Part shown: piece after piece, positions 27,802 through 37,712 of the stretch
Numbering within the stretch: the first letter of the stretch is position 1
How the letters are laid out: each line of letters begins with the position of its first letter
Assembly (NCBI GenBank): GCA_964634105.1
Contig: CAZWIU010000006.1
Coordinates: forward strand, 4,288 to 68,287
Source of the DNA: an uncultured Bacteroidales bacterium
GTDB taxonomy: Bacteria > Bacteroidota > Bacteroidia > Bacteroidales > UBA10428
DNA: 64,000 nucleotides
Direction of reading: 5' to 3'
The notes under the pieces: model-generated
Database searches by the model: none
The model's input: only the letters and a program-made list of their open reading frames with translations
What the model was told of the DNA's origin: nothing
Position numbers and translations under genes: made by a program

Positions 27802-28078
27802 CATTACTATGATTTTATAATACCAATCTGACTCAAGTGCCACACCCATGTATGAGTTCAAGAGGGATGTTGAGAAAATACAAGAGGTAATGGATAGCCT
27901 TTTTCATCGTTTTTTTATACTGTAACCTTCAGACATTATAAACGTTAAAAATTCTTAACCGGATAAATCCAAAAGTTACTATTGCATACTTTTAGAGCTT
28001 AGTAGAAAATTATTTCCTGCATCAGCAATTTTCGGGCTAAATTGCACAGATTTTGAAAGCATCTTTCAATCGTATTTT

Positions 28079-28792
28079 GTGAAAATGGATAAAAGAAAGG
28101 TTATACGGATTCTGATTGCTGCACTGGTAGCTGTTAGCGCTCATGCCAGCCTGTTCCTTATAGCTTATGTGAACGAGATGTCGATGATAAACCTGGTATT
28201 CTTTAAAAAGCACACTACCGAAATGTATTTCGAAACTGTTACTGAAGAAGGAGCTCCAGGGACTAAACCGATTGAACAGAAACCGGTTGTCGAAGAAGAA
28301 AAACATAACGAGAATACAGGAACATCAATTCAAAATACCGAAATCGTTAAAGGTATAACCGATACTATTCCGGAGAATGATACGAATTTGTTTGCCGATA
28401 CTATTTCGGGGAATGACGCATTTTCGGATACCGGTGAAATTCTTGCTGAAAATGGATTTGGTGGTTATGGAGAATATGGTAATTTTGGAATCCAGGGGAA
28501 GATGCCTCGCTTTCAGGATAAAGAATGCGAATATTTCAGGATATGGTTTTCTGAAAAATTCGACTATCCGAAGGATATTGATAAAGATTATAATGAACGG
28601 GTGAGAATTTCGTTCGTTGTAGATAAGAGAGGCAAAATAAGAAGCCCTGCCATTATTGGTTGTACGAATACACGAATTAAAAATGAGATATTGAAAGTGC
28701 TGTTTACTTCACCCACCTGGACGCCGGCTGAAGTAAAAGGCATTCCGAGGGACTATACTTTTTCAATGGATATAATATTTAAGAAATACTGA
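28079..28792 (+). CDS. tonB: TonB-like energy-transducer protein
   Basis: 237 aa, with a GTG start at 28079 or an ATG at 28085. It has an N-terminal TM helix (ILIAALVAVSAHASLFLIAYV), an acidic low-complexity linker and a C-terminal TonB_C-like domain (RISFVVDKRGKI...ILKVLFTSPTWTPAEVKG). It lies directly upstream of exbB/exbD homologues. Confidence 0.6.
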   Translation: MKMDKRKVIRILIAALVAVSAHASLFLIAYVNEMSMINLVFFKKHTTEMYFETVTEEGAPGTKPIEQKPVVEEEKHNENTGTSIQNTEIVKGITDTIPENDTNLFADTISGNDAFSDTGEILAENGFGGYGEYGNFGIQGKMPRFQDKECEYFRIWFSEKFDYPKDIDKDYNERVRISFVVDKRGKIRSPAIIGCTNTRIKNEILKVLFTSPTWTPAEVKGIPRDYTFSMDIIFKKY

Positions 28793-28820
28793 GAACTATT
28801 AATATTTAAAACTAAAACGT

Positions 28821-29474
28821 ATGCTATTTCTTGCTGATATTCCTGTTGTAACGCAGACCAATGAGCCTTATATTTCGTTGTTGGAATTATTGACGAAAGG
28901 GGGGATCATTATGATCCCGATATTCCTTCTGTCTCTTATAACGATTTTTGTATTTACTGAGAAAATACTTTATATATCTAAGAACCGGAAGGCAGTCAAA
29001 GGTTTTTCCTATATGTTGATCGATGAAATTGCAAAGGGTCAGTCCAATGAAGCATTATACATATGCCAGGCCAACAATTCGATGGGCCGTATCTTCGAAC
29101 ATGGAGTCTCAATGGTCGGCAAACCTGTGAAAGAAATCGAATCGGTGATGGAAACGGCTGCAAATAACGAAGTAGCGCGTATGGAACGAAATACCGGATA
29201 CCTCGGAATAATTGCCGGGATTGCCCCGATGCTTGGATTTATCGGAACAATTTCAGGGGTTATCAAGATTTTCTATAATATTTCGCTGAGCGACAATATC
29301 AGCATCGGTATCATTGCCGACGGATTGTATCAGAAAATGATCTGTAGTGGTGCCGGACTTATCGTAGGGGTTATAGCCTATGTCTGTTATCATTATCTTC
29401 AGATGATGATTGACCGCTTCACTGAGCGTGTTTCGGAAGAATCGTTGATATTTATTAAATCGTTGCAGCAATGA
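28821..29474 (+). CDS. exbB: MotA/TolQ/ExbB-family proton channel
   Basis: 217 aa with three TM helices. The conserved region is LGIIAGIAPMLGFIGTISGVI...GLIVGVIAY. Confidence 0.85.
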   Translation: MLFLADIPVVTQTNEPYISLLELLTKGGIIMIPIFLLSLITIFVFTEKILYISKNRKAVKGFSYMLIDEIAKGQSNEALYICQANNSMGRIFEHGVSMVGKPVKEIESVMETAANNEVARMERNTGYLGIIAGIAPMLGFIGTISGVIKIFYNISLSDNISIGIIADGLYQKMICSGAGLIVGVIAYVCYHYLQMMIDRFTERVSEESLIFIKSLQQ

Positions 29475-29866
29475 AAATAAAACGAAAAAAAGCGTTTGAG
29501 GCCGAAGTATTTACTACTTCACTCAACGATATCATGTTTTTCTTACTGCTGTTCTTCCTGATCATTTCTACTCTTAGCAATCCAAACGTGATCAAGATAC
29601 TCCTGCCTAGGGCGCAATCATCCCAGGCAATAAACAAAGCACAGATAAATCTGACTGTAACTGAGGATAAAAAATATTACATTGATCAGAAACAGATACC
29701 CTTCAGTAAAATTAGCCCGGAACTTAAATACCGTATCCGGGGGATCGAATCGCCGACCATTGTATTGCGCTTCTCACCCAAGCTAAATGTTCAGGACCTT
29801 GTTGATGTCCTCCAGATCGGTAACAGCCTGGGGATAAAAATGGTGCTGGCAACACAAAAGGAATGA
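29471..29866 (+). CDS. exbD: ExbD/TolR-family biopolymer transport protein
   Basis: 131 aa. The N-terminal segment is TSLNDIMFFLLLFFLI and the periplasmic domain includes VLRFSPKLNVQDLVDVL. It overlaps exbB by 4 nt. Confidence 0.85.
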   Translation: MKIKRKKAFEAEVFTTSLNDIMFFLLLFFLIISTLSNPNVIKILLPRAQSSQAINKAQINLTVTEDKKYYIDQKQIPFSKISPELKYRIRGIESPTIVLRFSPKLNVQDLVDVLQIGNSLGIKMVLATQKE

Positions 29867-30130
29867 TGGGCTAATAATCAAAGAATGAAAACACACTGTC
29901 AATAGTACAGGTACTTTCCTCACCTGTAAGCCTGTTTTTGCATACATTTTTCTTTCAGCTGCCATATTCCGGCCAAAACATGCCTTTTATCAACTTTTCT
30001 GCAGAAGTATTGTTGTAATTTGTTGATGATATGCAAAAGCCTTGATATCGTAACTATCATATTAAATCACTATTGTCCGACTAAAATATTTTTTAAAATT
30101 TCATAACCGATGAATTTAAAGAGAATAAGG

Positions 30131-30283
30131 ATATATCGCCACCTACGGGGCTCAAACTTTCGCATGTGACTTTTTCTACAGATAATTAGCCTCTGACCAG
30201 GCTAAAGGAAAGTACCGTAGGTACTAAATATTTGTAGAAGAGGCAATTATAATTAGCTTAAAAGTGCCGTAGGTACGAAATAT
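30131..30283. repeat. Cluster of CCGTAGGT-containing repeats plus a hairpin, upstream of ppa
   Basis: AAGTACCGTAGGTACTAAATAT (30210-30231) and AAGTGCCGTAGGTACGAAATAT (30262-30283) match at 20 of 22 positions and lie 52 bp apart. An inverted copy, ACCTACGG, lies at 30141-30148. TGTAGAA boxes precede the CCGTAGGT cores. A hairpin, TTAGCCTctgaccAGGCTAA, lies at 30186-30205. Confidence 0.5.
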
Positions 30284-30367
30284 AAAACATTGAATTTAAC
30301 CGGACATTAATGATATTAAATAAATAATCATCTTGCGTTCTAAGAATTAAGTAATACAGCAATAGTT

Positions 30368-31045
30368 ATGAAAAATAATACCATGGCACATACCGGCAAG
30401 TTGAAGGGTATGAAGTATAAAGCTCATCCCTGGCATGGTGTAGATATAGGTCCCCATGCACCTGATCTGATTACCAGTTATATCGAAATGGTCCCGACTG
30501 ATACAGTTAAGTATGAGGTTGATAAGGAAACTGGTTTTTTGCGCCTCGACCGCCCTCAGAAATATTCAAATGTAGTCCCGGCATTGTATGGATTTATACC
30601 CCAGACATATTCCGGCAGGCGCGTGGCAGAGCTTACCATGAGTAAAACAGGTCGTACGGGAATTAGCGGTGATGGCGATCCGCTTGATATATGCATCCTT
30701 ACCGAAAAGGATATTCATCATGGCGATATTCTCGTTCGGTGCCGGCCGATTGGCGGTTTCAGGATGATCGACGGCGATGAGGCGGATGATAAACTCATTG
30801 CCGTACTTTATGGCGATGCTGTATATGGCGATTATAATGATATACATGACGTAGCCGACCTTGTTATTGACAGGCTCAAGCATTACTTTCTGACTTATAA
30901 AGATCTTCCGGGGAATAAAGCCAATACCGTGATAACCCATATTCTTGGCATTACTGAAGTCCACGAGCTTATCAGGCGTTCCATGGAAGACTACCGCGAA
31001 AAATTCATTGTTACAAACGGGGTTCATACGGCTATACCCTGTTAA
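30368..31045 (+). CDS. ppa: Inorganic pyrophosphatase (family I)
   Basis: 225 aa. The motifs are YIEMVPTDTVKYEVDKETG...LDRP, GDGDPLDICIL and DDKLIAV. Confidence 0.88.
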   Translation: MKNNTMAHTGKLKGMKYKAHPWHGVDIGPHAPDLITSYIEMVPTDTVKYEVDKETGFLRLDRPQKYSNVVPALYGFIPQTYSGRRVAELTMSKTGRTGISGDGDPLDICILTEKDIHHGDILVRCRPIGGFRMIDGDEADDKLIAVLYGDAVYGDYNDIHDVADLVIDRLKHYFLTYKDLPGNKANTVITHILGITEVHELIRRSMEDYREKFIVTNGVHTAIPC

Positions 31046-31108
31046 TTTTAGCCATTAAAAATAAAATCGACTATATTTAGAGAATTATTATTCTCAAAAG
31101 GCACAAGG

Positions 31109-31774
31109 GTGGATGCAGTATTCGATTTTTTAAAAGAGTTGGTAAACCCCGAAAGTATTATTAAATATGGAGGTTTGTATCTTCTCCTTTTTGTTGTATT
31201 TGCAGAAACAGGTTTATTTGTTGGTTTCTTCCTTCCGGGCGATTCCCTTTTATTTACCGCCGGTTTACTATGCTCAACCGGAATATTGAAAGTACACCCT
31301 GCTTTGCTCGTTACTCTTATAATTATTGCTGCTGTGGCGGGCAATATGGTTGGCTATTCGTTTGGTAAACGCGTGGGGGTGTTGTTGTTTAAACGCAAAT
31401 CGGGTTTATTTTTCAGGCATGAACACCTTGTTGCAGCGGATGAGTTCTATAAAAAATATGGTAGAAAAACTATCATTCTGAGCCGGTTCCTGCCTATCGT
31501 CAGGACTTTTGCCCCTATTGTGGCTGGCATTGTCAAATTGGAATATTATAAATTCTTCCTCTATAGCCTGGTTGGAGCTTTGTTTTGGGTGAATATTCTT
31601 GTACTGACCGGTTACTTTATGGGTGAATATGTTCCGAATACAAAAGAGTACCTGGAATACATAGTCATTTTTCTGATTGTGATAACGGCCATCCCATTTA
31701 TATACAATTCAATTAAAAAGAAACTGCAGAAAAGAATAGCAAAGCTTCATTCGGGGAATAAAGACGAAGAATAG
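31109..31774 (+). CDS. DedA-family (VTT domain) membrane protein
   Basis: 221 aa with a GTG start. The motifs are ETGLFVGFFLPGDSLLFTAG and SRFLPIVRTFAPIVAG. Confidence 0.85.
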   Translation: MDAVFDFLKELVNPESIIKYGGLYLLLFVVFAETGLFVGFFLPGDSLLFTAGLLCSTGILKVHPALLVTLIIIAAVAGNMVGYSFGKRVGVLLFKRKSGLFFRHEHLVAADEFYKKYGRKTIILSRFLPIVRTFAPIVAGIVKLEYYKFFLYSLVGALFWVNILVLTGYFMGEYVPNTKEYLEYIVIFLIVITAIPFIYNSIKKKLQKRIAKLHSGNKDEE

Positions 31775-31791
31775 CTAAGGCAGCAAATCTT

Positions 31792-32571
31792 CTAAATCAC
31801 CTTCATAAAGATTAAAACCAGGAATACCAATCCGATCAAAATTCGATACCAGCCAAAGTAAATAAAGCCGAATTTCTCCACAAGCACAAGGAATATTTTA
31901 ACCGCTATCCAAGCAAAAATGAATGCCGTTATCAATCCAGCGGCTAACAGGATAATCTCCTGACTGGTGAATACAAGGGGAGTTTTGATCAGGTCGTAAC
32001 CTGTAGCTGCAAGCATGGTGGGGACTGCCAACAGGAAGGAAAACTCAGTTGCCTGTTTTTTATTTAACCCGTTATATACACCGCCCACAATGGTTGCTCC
32101 TGCGCGTGATACTCCCGGAATCATCGAAATACACTGAACCAGACCGATAAAAAATGCATGCTTCATTGACATATGCTCTACTTCGGCATATTGAGTGGTC
32201 TTTCCTGTTACCGTCTTATCAATAAATATAAGTATGATGCCCCCAATGATCAGCGATATCGAAACGATCAATGGGCTGAATAGGTAATCCTTTATGAAGT
32301 TGTAAGCAAGAAAACCTACCAGGGCTGTTGGAATAAAAGCAACAATTAATTTCTTATATATTTCAAACCCCCGAAAAAATCGTTTGATATACATGAGAAC
32401 AATGGCCATTATAGCCCCTATCTGGATCGAAATTTCAAAGGTCTTCAAAAACTCGGTGTTTTGCATACCAAGGGCAGCTGAGGTTAAAATCATATGCCCG
32501 GTGGATGATATGGGAAGGAACTCGGTCAGACCTTCAACAATGGCAATGATGATAGCTTGTATTAGTGTCAT
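31792..32571 (-). CDS. uppP: Undecaprenyl-diphosphate phosphatase
   Basis: 259 aa. The BacA/UppP motifs are EGLTEFLPISSTGHMIL and IPGVSRAGATI. Confidence 0.9.
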   Translation of the reverse strand: MTLIQAIIIAIVEGLTEFLPISSTGHMILTSAALGMQNTEFLKTFEISIQIGAIMAIVLMYIKRFFRGFEIYKKLIVAFIPTALVGFLAYNFIKDYLFSPLIVSISLIIGGIILIFIDKTVTGKTTQYAEVEHMSMKHAFFIGLVQCISMIPGVSRAGATIVGGVYNGLNKKQATEFSFLLAVPTMLAATGYDLIKTPLVFTSQEIILLAAGLITAFIFAWIAVKIFLVLVEKFGFIYFGWYRILIGLVFLVLIFMKVI

Positions 32572-32588
32572 GGCAATTCTTCAATAGA

Positions 32589-33827
32589 TTATTCATTATT
32601 CAGTGCAGGAGATACTTTAATGATATGGCCATACAGCGCATAGTACAGGATAAATGCAAAACAGGGTATGGGAGCCAGAAAACCTATTGACATGGATGTT
32701 TTGTCAGCAATCAGTCCCATAAACGGAGGGAATAAAGCGCCTCCGACAATTGACATCACAATGAACGATGAAGCCTTTTTTGTTTGTGGCCCAAGATCTT
32801 TTATTCCGAGGGCAAATATGGTAGGGAACATAACCGACATAAAGAAAAAGATAAGGTATAGCGATACCAGTGATATCCAGCCAAGAGTTGCACCAACAAC
32901 CGGTAGTAAAATACAACACAGGGCAGCATATAAGGCCAGAATTCTCGTGGGCTTAACGTAGCGCATCAAATAACTGCCCGAAAGGCGTCCCGCCAGGAAT
33001 AAGGCAAAACCGATGGAAAGGAATACAGGTCCATACATTTTATCCCAGTGGGGATTCAGACTGGTATCCGTAACATAGTTAATAAGATAACTGAAAATTC
33101 CGGTTTGTGCTGCCACATAAAAAAACTGGGCAAGGACTCCCAGGATAAAATGACGCTGACGGCGTAACGATATTGTCTGGTTGGCATCGCGGCTTTTGTC
33201 TTCTGCTTCTTCCTCTATTTCGGGTAGCGCAGTGCGAAGGAAAAATAATGCAACAATCAGAACGACAGTACCGATTAGTATATAAGGCAAAATAAGTGAG
33301 CCAAGCTTTTCTCCTTCAATAGTATCATTATTCTTATAAATATAAAGCCCGATAAGAGGTCCGATTGTCCAGGCAAGTCCGTTAAACGATTGTGAAAAAT
33401 TGATACGCCGCTCTGCTGTTGCCGGAGGGCCAAGCTTTGTGGTATAGGGATTGGCAGCTGTCTCCAGCGTTGTCAGTCCGCAACCAAGAATGAACAGGCA
33501 AGTAAGAAATATCCAGAAAGATTCAAAACGGGCTGTTCCTGCAATAAGAAATGCCCCGGATGCAAAGAGAAGCAGGCCGAAAATAATACCCTTTTTATAG
33601 CCGAATCGCTTCATAAAAATACCTGCTGGCAGGGCCATCAGAAAGTAGGCCGTATATACCGAAAACTGGATCAAACCTGATCGGGCTTTCGACATTTGAA
33701 ACATTCCCTGGAAATGCTTGTTAAGCACATCGAGTAAACCGTGCGCCATACCCCATAAAAAGAAAAGTGACGATATCAGGATGAAGGGAACTAAAAATTC
33801 CCTGGTTGTAAGTTTGCTTTTCTCCAT
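32589..33827 (-). CDS. MFS sugar transporter (FucP / glucose-galactose permease FHS family)
   Basis: 412 aa with 12 TM helices. The FHS-family N-terminal motif is FFLWGMAHGLLDVLNKHFQ. Confidence 0.8.
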   Translation of the reverse strand: MEKSKLTTREFLVPFILISSLFFLWGMAHGLLDVLNKHFQGMFQMSKARSGLIQFSVYTAYFLMALPAGIFMKRFGYKKGIIFGLLLFASGAFLIAGTARFESFWIFLTCLFILGCGLTTLETAANPYTTKLGPPATAERRINFSQSFNGLAWTIGPLIGLYIYKNNDTIEGEKLGSLILPYILIGTVVLIVALFFLRTALPEIEEEAEDKSRDANQTISLRRQRHFILGVLAQFFYVAAQTGIFSYLINYVTDTSLNPHWDKMYGPVFLSIGFALFLAGRLSGSYLMRYVKPTRILALYAALCCILLPVVGATLGWISLVSLYLIFFFMSVMFPTIFALGIKDLGPQTKKASSFIVMSIVGGALFPPFMGLIADKTSMSIGFLAPIPCFAFILYYALYGHIIKVSPALNNE

Positions 33828-34168
33828 TGTATGCTCAATATTTTTAACTATGAAGATATAGGTTCACGATTTTCCTGCAGGTAAAATCAGGCCTTAAAAG
33901 TAATAAAGTATTAGTTTAGCACAAGAAGAAGTGAAAAATAGTTGGTAAATCTTTCCTTTGATAATTAAGCTAAATACTCAACATGTTGCTTGCGGGCTGA
34001 AGGACAGCAGGTTAGTTATATAAAATCGTGAATTTTTAGGTTGCTCTATTGCACGGGAAATATTTTTGGTGCCAAGTCGCCAGATTGTTCATATCAACAT
34101 GAGGTAAATAAGTGCAGTACATCATGTTTTTTCCTTACTTTGAGGCTACTAAAATGGGGTTAAATCAC

Positions 34169-35281
34169 ATGAAACTAAATCTCGGATTAATTTTTGGCGG
34201 ACGTTCAGGAGAACATGAAGTATCGCTTCAATCGGCCAGGTCAATTTCCAATGCTGTTGATCGGGAGAAATATAATCTTTACCTTCTTGCAGTAGATAAA
34301 TCGGGCAACTGGTTCCTGCCTGACAGCAACGATTATCTTTACCATCCCGACGATCCGGCAAAAATTAGTCTAAAAGTCAGGTCCGATCAACAGATATCAC
34401 TTGTTCCGAAAGGGAATCTGAACCGGATATTGAAGTTATCAAATGGCCGGGAAATGGGAACATTGGATGTTGTATTTCCTATTATCCATGGTACATTTGG
34501 CGAGGATGGCAGTCTGCAGGGATATATGTCGATGCTGAACCTGCCCTGTGTGGGAGCCGATGTTATCGGATCTGCTATTGGGATGGATAAACTGGTGGCA
34601 AAACAATTATTGATTCATGAGGGCATTAAAGTAGCTGATTATCTGGTTGCCGATAACCGTACCGACATAGCAAAAATTGTGGTTGATGCTGAAAAGAAGT
34701 TTGGTTTTCCGATGTTCGTTAAGCCTGCAGCATCGGGTTCATCGGTTGGTGTAGCCAAAGTTGCTTCTTCGGGAGAGCTTCAGGCTGCAATTACCAAAGC
34801 GCTGACGTACGACCGACGTGTTCTTATCGAAGAAGCAATTAAAGGCCGGGAGATTGAGTGCGCCATCCTGGGTAACGATGACCTGCTGGCTTCAATCCCG
34901 GGAGAGGTCATACCACGGCATGAGTTCTACTCATATGAAGCTAAATATATCGATGCCAATGGAGCACAGTTAGATATGCCGGCCAATATTCCGGAAGAAA
35001 CTGTGAGCAGGGTTAAGGATATGGCAGCTAAAACATTTAAGGCATTGTTATGTTCAGGTATGGCACGGGTAGATATGTTCTTAACGGAAAGCGGTGAACT
35101 GATCCTGAACGAAATAAATACATTACCCGGATTTACGAAGATCAGCATGTACCCGAAATTAATGGAACTTTCAGGCGTACCCTATAGCGAACTCATTGAC
35201 AGGTTGGTGAACCTGGCTATCGAAAGACATAAGCAAAATAACCAACGGTTACAGAATGTTCTTTCGGCAGGCAATTATTAA
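34169..35281 (+). CDS. ddl: D-alanine--D-alanine ligase
   Basis: The start is MKLNLGLIFGGRSGEHEVSL. An ATP-grasp domain is present (FVKPAASGSSVGV, EIECAILGN) and the C-terminus contains NEINTLPGFT. The ORF track starts 19 codons earlier, at 34112. Confidence 0.9.
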   Translation: MKLNLGLIFGGRSGEHEVSLQSARSISNAVDREKYNLYLLAVDKSGNWFLPDSNDYLYHPDDPAKISLKVRSDQQISLVPKGNLNRILKLSNGREMGTLDVVFPIIHGTFGEDGSLQGYMSMLNLPCVGADVIGSAIGMDKLVAKQLLIHEGIKVADYLVADNRTDIAKIVVDAEKKFGFPMFVKPAASGSSVGVAKVASSGELQAAITKALTYDRRVLIEEAIKGREIECAILGNDDLLASIPGEVIPRHEFYSYEAKYIDANGAQLDMPANIPEETVSRVKDMAAKTFKALLCSGMARVDMFLTESGELILNEINTLPGFTKISMYPKLMELSGVPYSELIDRLVNLAIERHKQNNQRLQNVLSAGNY

Positions 35282-35334
35282 TTCCGGTTGTATCATCAAA
35301 AAAATGCAGACTGTAATATCAGTCTGACTGTAAA

Positions 35335-35372
35335 GAAAAAATCGGAAGCCTTAGATGGCATTCCGACTTTTT
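35335..35372. terminator. Bidirectional intrinsic terminator between convergent genes
   Basis: TCGGAAGCC (35342-35350) pairs with GGCATTCCGA (35357-35366) with one bulge. An A-run (35335-35341) and a T-run (35368-35372) flank the hairpin. Confidence 0.6.
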
Positions 35373-35399
35373 ATGTTTAATATGTAAAGATGGGTGTAA

Positions 35400-36170
35400 T
35401 TATTTCACATGTATAATCTCCTGCACCTGTTCAATCTCCTTTGCAAGCGCTTTCCTCTTAATAAAGGTATATTTACTGATGTTCATTGAGTCGAACCATG
35501 TTTTCCACATTTCCATGATATGATCCCATTCCATATCTTTCTCCCTCGGACTGGCCTCCATAAGGATAACTTCCAGGTCAGGATAGCTTTCCTTAACCGG
35601 TTGTAGTTTTGAAAGATCTTTGCCCACAATTGGATATCCGTCGGTGAGTATAAAGAGAAAATTCTTTGTAAGCGTATCGCGGGAAAGATCTGTCTGCAGG
35701 TCTTCATAGAAATATTTCCAGATATCGGCCCCATAATATTCCGAAGGCACATCGCTGAATCTGGCTTTATTATAAAGGTCATCGAGGGCCTTATAGAAAT
35801 TGTCTCTTCGTTCAGCTTCTTTCGGGCGCCGTTGCACATTCTTTATATTCTCCATATTAACAAAGAGCTCATTTTCATAAATATCGGTTCGTAAGCCTGA
35901 ACCTATCTGCGGAGCAATCACCACCTTAATCTCATCGCGTGATTTAATATATAAGTCCTTTTTCACTTTTGTCTCAAACAGTTGATAGATAGCACGTATT
36001 ATTTCCTTATCACGTTCAGGTTGTTCCGGCTGAACGATAATTCGGTCCGACAGGTCGAGGAGAATGATATAATTATGTTTTACCGAAAGGCTTTTTTCTT
36101 TTGGCATGGGCGGCTGGCAAGCCACTAAAATTAAAAGCAGAAAACATGCCGTTATATTGAATAGTTTCAT
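35400..36170 (-). CDS. Lipoprotein with a vWA-like fold (degenerate MIDAS), otherwise uncharacterised
   Basis: 256 aa. The lipobox is LLLILVACQ. A beta-strand plus acidic motif, YIILLDLSDRI, and a later FLFILTDGYP are spaced as in von Willebrand A domains. Confidence 0.5.
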   Translation of the reverse strand: MKLFNITACFLLLILVACQPPMPKEKSLSVKHNYIILLDLSDRIIVQPEQPERDKEIIRAIYQLFETKVKKDLYIKSRDEIKVVIAPQIGSGLRTDIYENELFVNMENIKNVQRRPKEAERRDNFYKALDDLYNKARFSDVPSEYYGADIWKYFYEDLQTDLSRDTLTKNFLFILTDGYPIVGKDLSKLQPVKESYPDLEVILMEASPREKDMEWDHIMEMWKTWFDSMNISKYTFIKRKALAKEIEQVQEIIHVK

Positions 36171-36201
36171 GATTTCCGGAATTAGATGTTAAAAGTATAG
36201 G

Positions 36202-37404
36202 TTAAATCTTGAGTCGTTTAGGCTTAATAACCTTAACAATCCCGGGTTGAATCTTATGTTTTTCAAGAAACTCATCCCGTATATTCAGGCATTTTGTTTT
36301 TGTATCCTTCATCGTATTAGGGGCAAGGTATGAAACCCATCCGGTAGTAAACTGGTCGATATAACCTTTCAGATTTCCCTGTACAAAAGTATTTACTTCA
36401 TCTCTGAGAATATCAATTTCATGCTGGATCAATTCAATGGGCATGATCTTTTCTTCAAGCATTTTGACGTCCTTTCGCAGGTGTTTAATAATGCTTTTGA
36501 GGTTAGCGGTAATCTGGCGTTTTTTCCATTCACGCAATAACGAGTCCAGGAGAATACTCCAGACAATATATACCAGGAAGCCCATGAACAAGATAATCCA
36601 GAAAGTCGGATTCTGACTCCATTTCATTGCATTCAGGCCCATAAGTTCTTTGGCTGCTTCTGTATTGTTGTGAATAATCATGGCAAGTAACAGATCAACA
36701 ACAAAAGTTACAGCAATGAGCATACCCAGAAAGATAAATTTGGTTTTTTGCCTTAAATCGATAATTACGTGAAATGCCCAGCCAAATGCATAAAATACAA
36801 AAGGCACCAGGAATAAAAGGTAGTTATACCGTAAGGCTTCGGAAAGCTCATAGGGTTGTGGCATGATGCTGCCTGCACTGTGTCCTTCAGCAATCCGTTC
36901 GGCAATGCCTTCAAGGTCGACATACAGCGCTTTATAGGCTGCCGAAACATAGAAAAAGAACAGGTATCCTGTCAGAAACAGCAGAATTAAAAGATTTATG
37001 GTAAACCTGACAACGCTGAACGATTCGCGTGTAAGTTCATCCGGTTTCTCAGCCTGTCGTTGCCTTACCTGTAATAATTCTGCGCGGTGCTCCTCAATTT
37101 GTTTCTCTTTAACTTTGATGTCCTGTTCGAACTTGGCGTTGTTCTTTTTTGTTTCTTCAAGTACTTTCTCCAGTTCCTTTATTTTCTCCTTCTTCTCGGC
37201 GCGTTCTTTATCGGTGAGGCCTTTATATGATTCATCTACCAGGTCGCCATTAAGAATACGTTCAAGATAGGATGAGTAAACTTCAGGGTCGCCCTGGACA
37301 TTTCCTGCCCGTGTGTACCCGAATTCGTGCAGGTTGGCACGGTCGGTATTATATACCACTTTGGTGCCATTGTTGTTTGTTGGTTTGTTAGTAGTGTTTT
37401 CCAT
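36202..37404 (-). CDS. Uncharacterised membrane protein: N-terminal coiled coil, 4 TM helices, C-terminal coiled coil
   Basis: 400 aa. The Lys/Glu-rich coiled coil is KERAEKKEKIKELEKVLEETKKNNAKFEQDIKVKEKQIEEHRAELLQVRQ. Four hydrophobic segments span roughly residues 150-290. I recognise no family. It lies 31 nt upstream of the lipoprotein gene. Confidence 0.6.
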   Translation of the reverse strand: MENTTNKPTNNNGTKVVYNTDRANLHEFGYTRAGNVQGDPEVYSSYLERILNGDLVDESYKGLTDKERAEKKEKIKELEKVLEETKKNNAKFEQDIKVKEKQIEEHRAELLQVRQRQAEKPDELTRESFSVVRFTINLLILLFLTGYLFFFYVSAAYKALYVDLEGIAERIAEGHSAGSIMPQPYELSEALRYNYLLFLVPFVFYAFGWAFHVIIDLRQKTKFIFLGMLIAVTFVVDLLLAMIIHNNTEAAKELMGLNAMKWSQNPTFWIILFMGFLVYIVWSILLDSLLREWKKRQITANLKSIIKHLRKDVKMLEEKIMPIELIQHEIDILRDEVNTFVQGNLKGYIDQFTTGWVSYLAPNTMKDTKTKCLNIRDEFLEKHKIQPGIVKVIKPKRLKI

Positions 37405-37712
37405 TGCGAAAAATAATTTGTGTTAATGGATATAATAAATACTTAAAAAAAAGCATTTTAGTATTTCAGAGCTATCTTTTTTTAATTCCGGAGCCACGTT
37501 AATTATATGTATTTCAATAAAATATGAAAGGATATTACACTGCGTAATAAATTCATTAAAATATGTCAGTGAGCCAACACCGGTATACAATGCTAATGAA
37601 TAATTCCTGATTTTCAAAATAATAGAACATCACAGGCATACTGAATAAATGATCCCCCTGAACAAATCAATAACATCTCTGTGAAACGATAATGGCTTAC
37701 AGTGGAATACTT

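Noticed and set aside
29907-29939. A possible terminator after exbD (ACAGGT...ACCTGT followed by TTTTT).
   Set aside because: The stem is only 6 bp and the T-run is separated from it by 7 nt, which is too weak to call.
34112-34168. The upstream start of ddl (MQYIMFFPYFEATKMGLNH...).
   Set aside because: Ddl proteins begin just before the GGxSxEHxVS motif, and M at 34169 reproduces that.
37423-37617. A 64-aa minus-strand ORF in the gap between the LUD-like gene and the coiled-coil membrane protein gene.
   Set aside because: The region is very AT-rich and promoter-like, the sequence is Ile/Tyr/Phe-rich, and nothing supports it.
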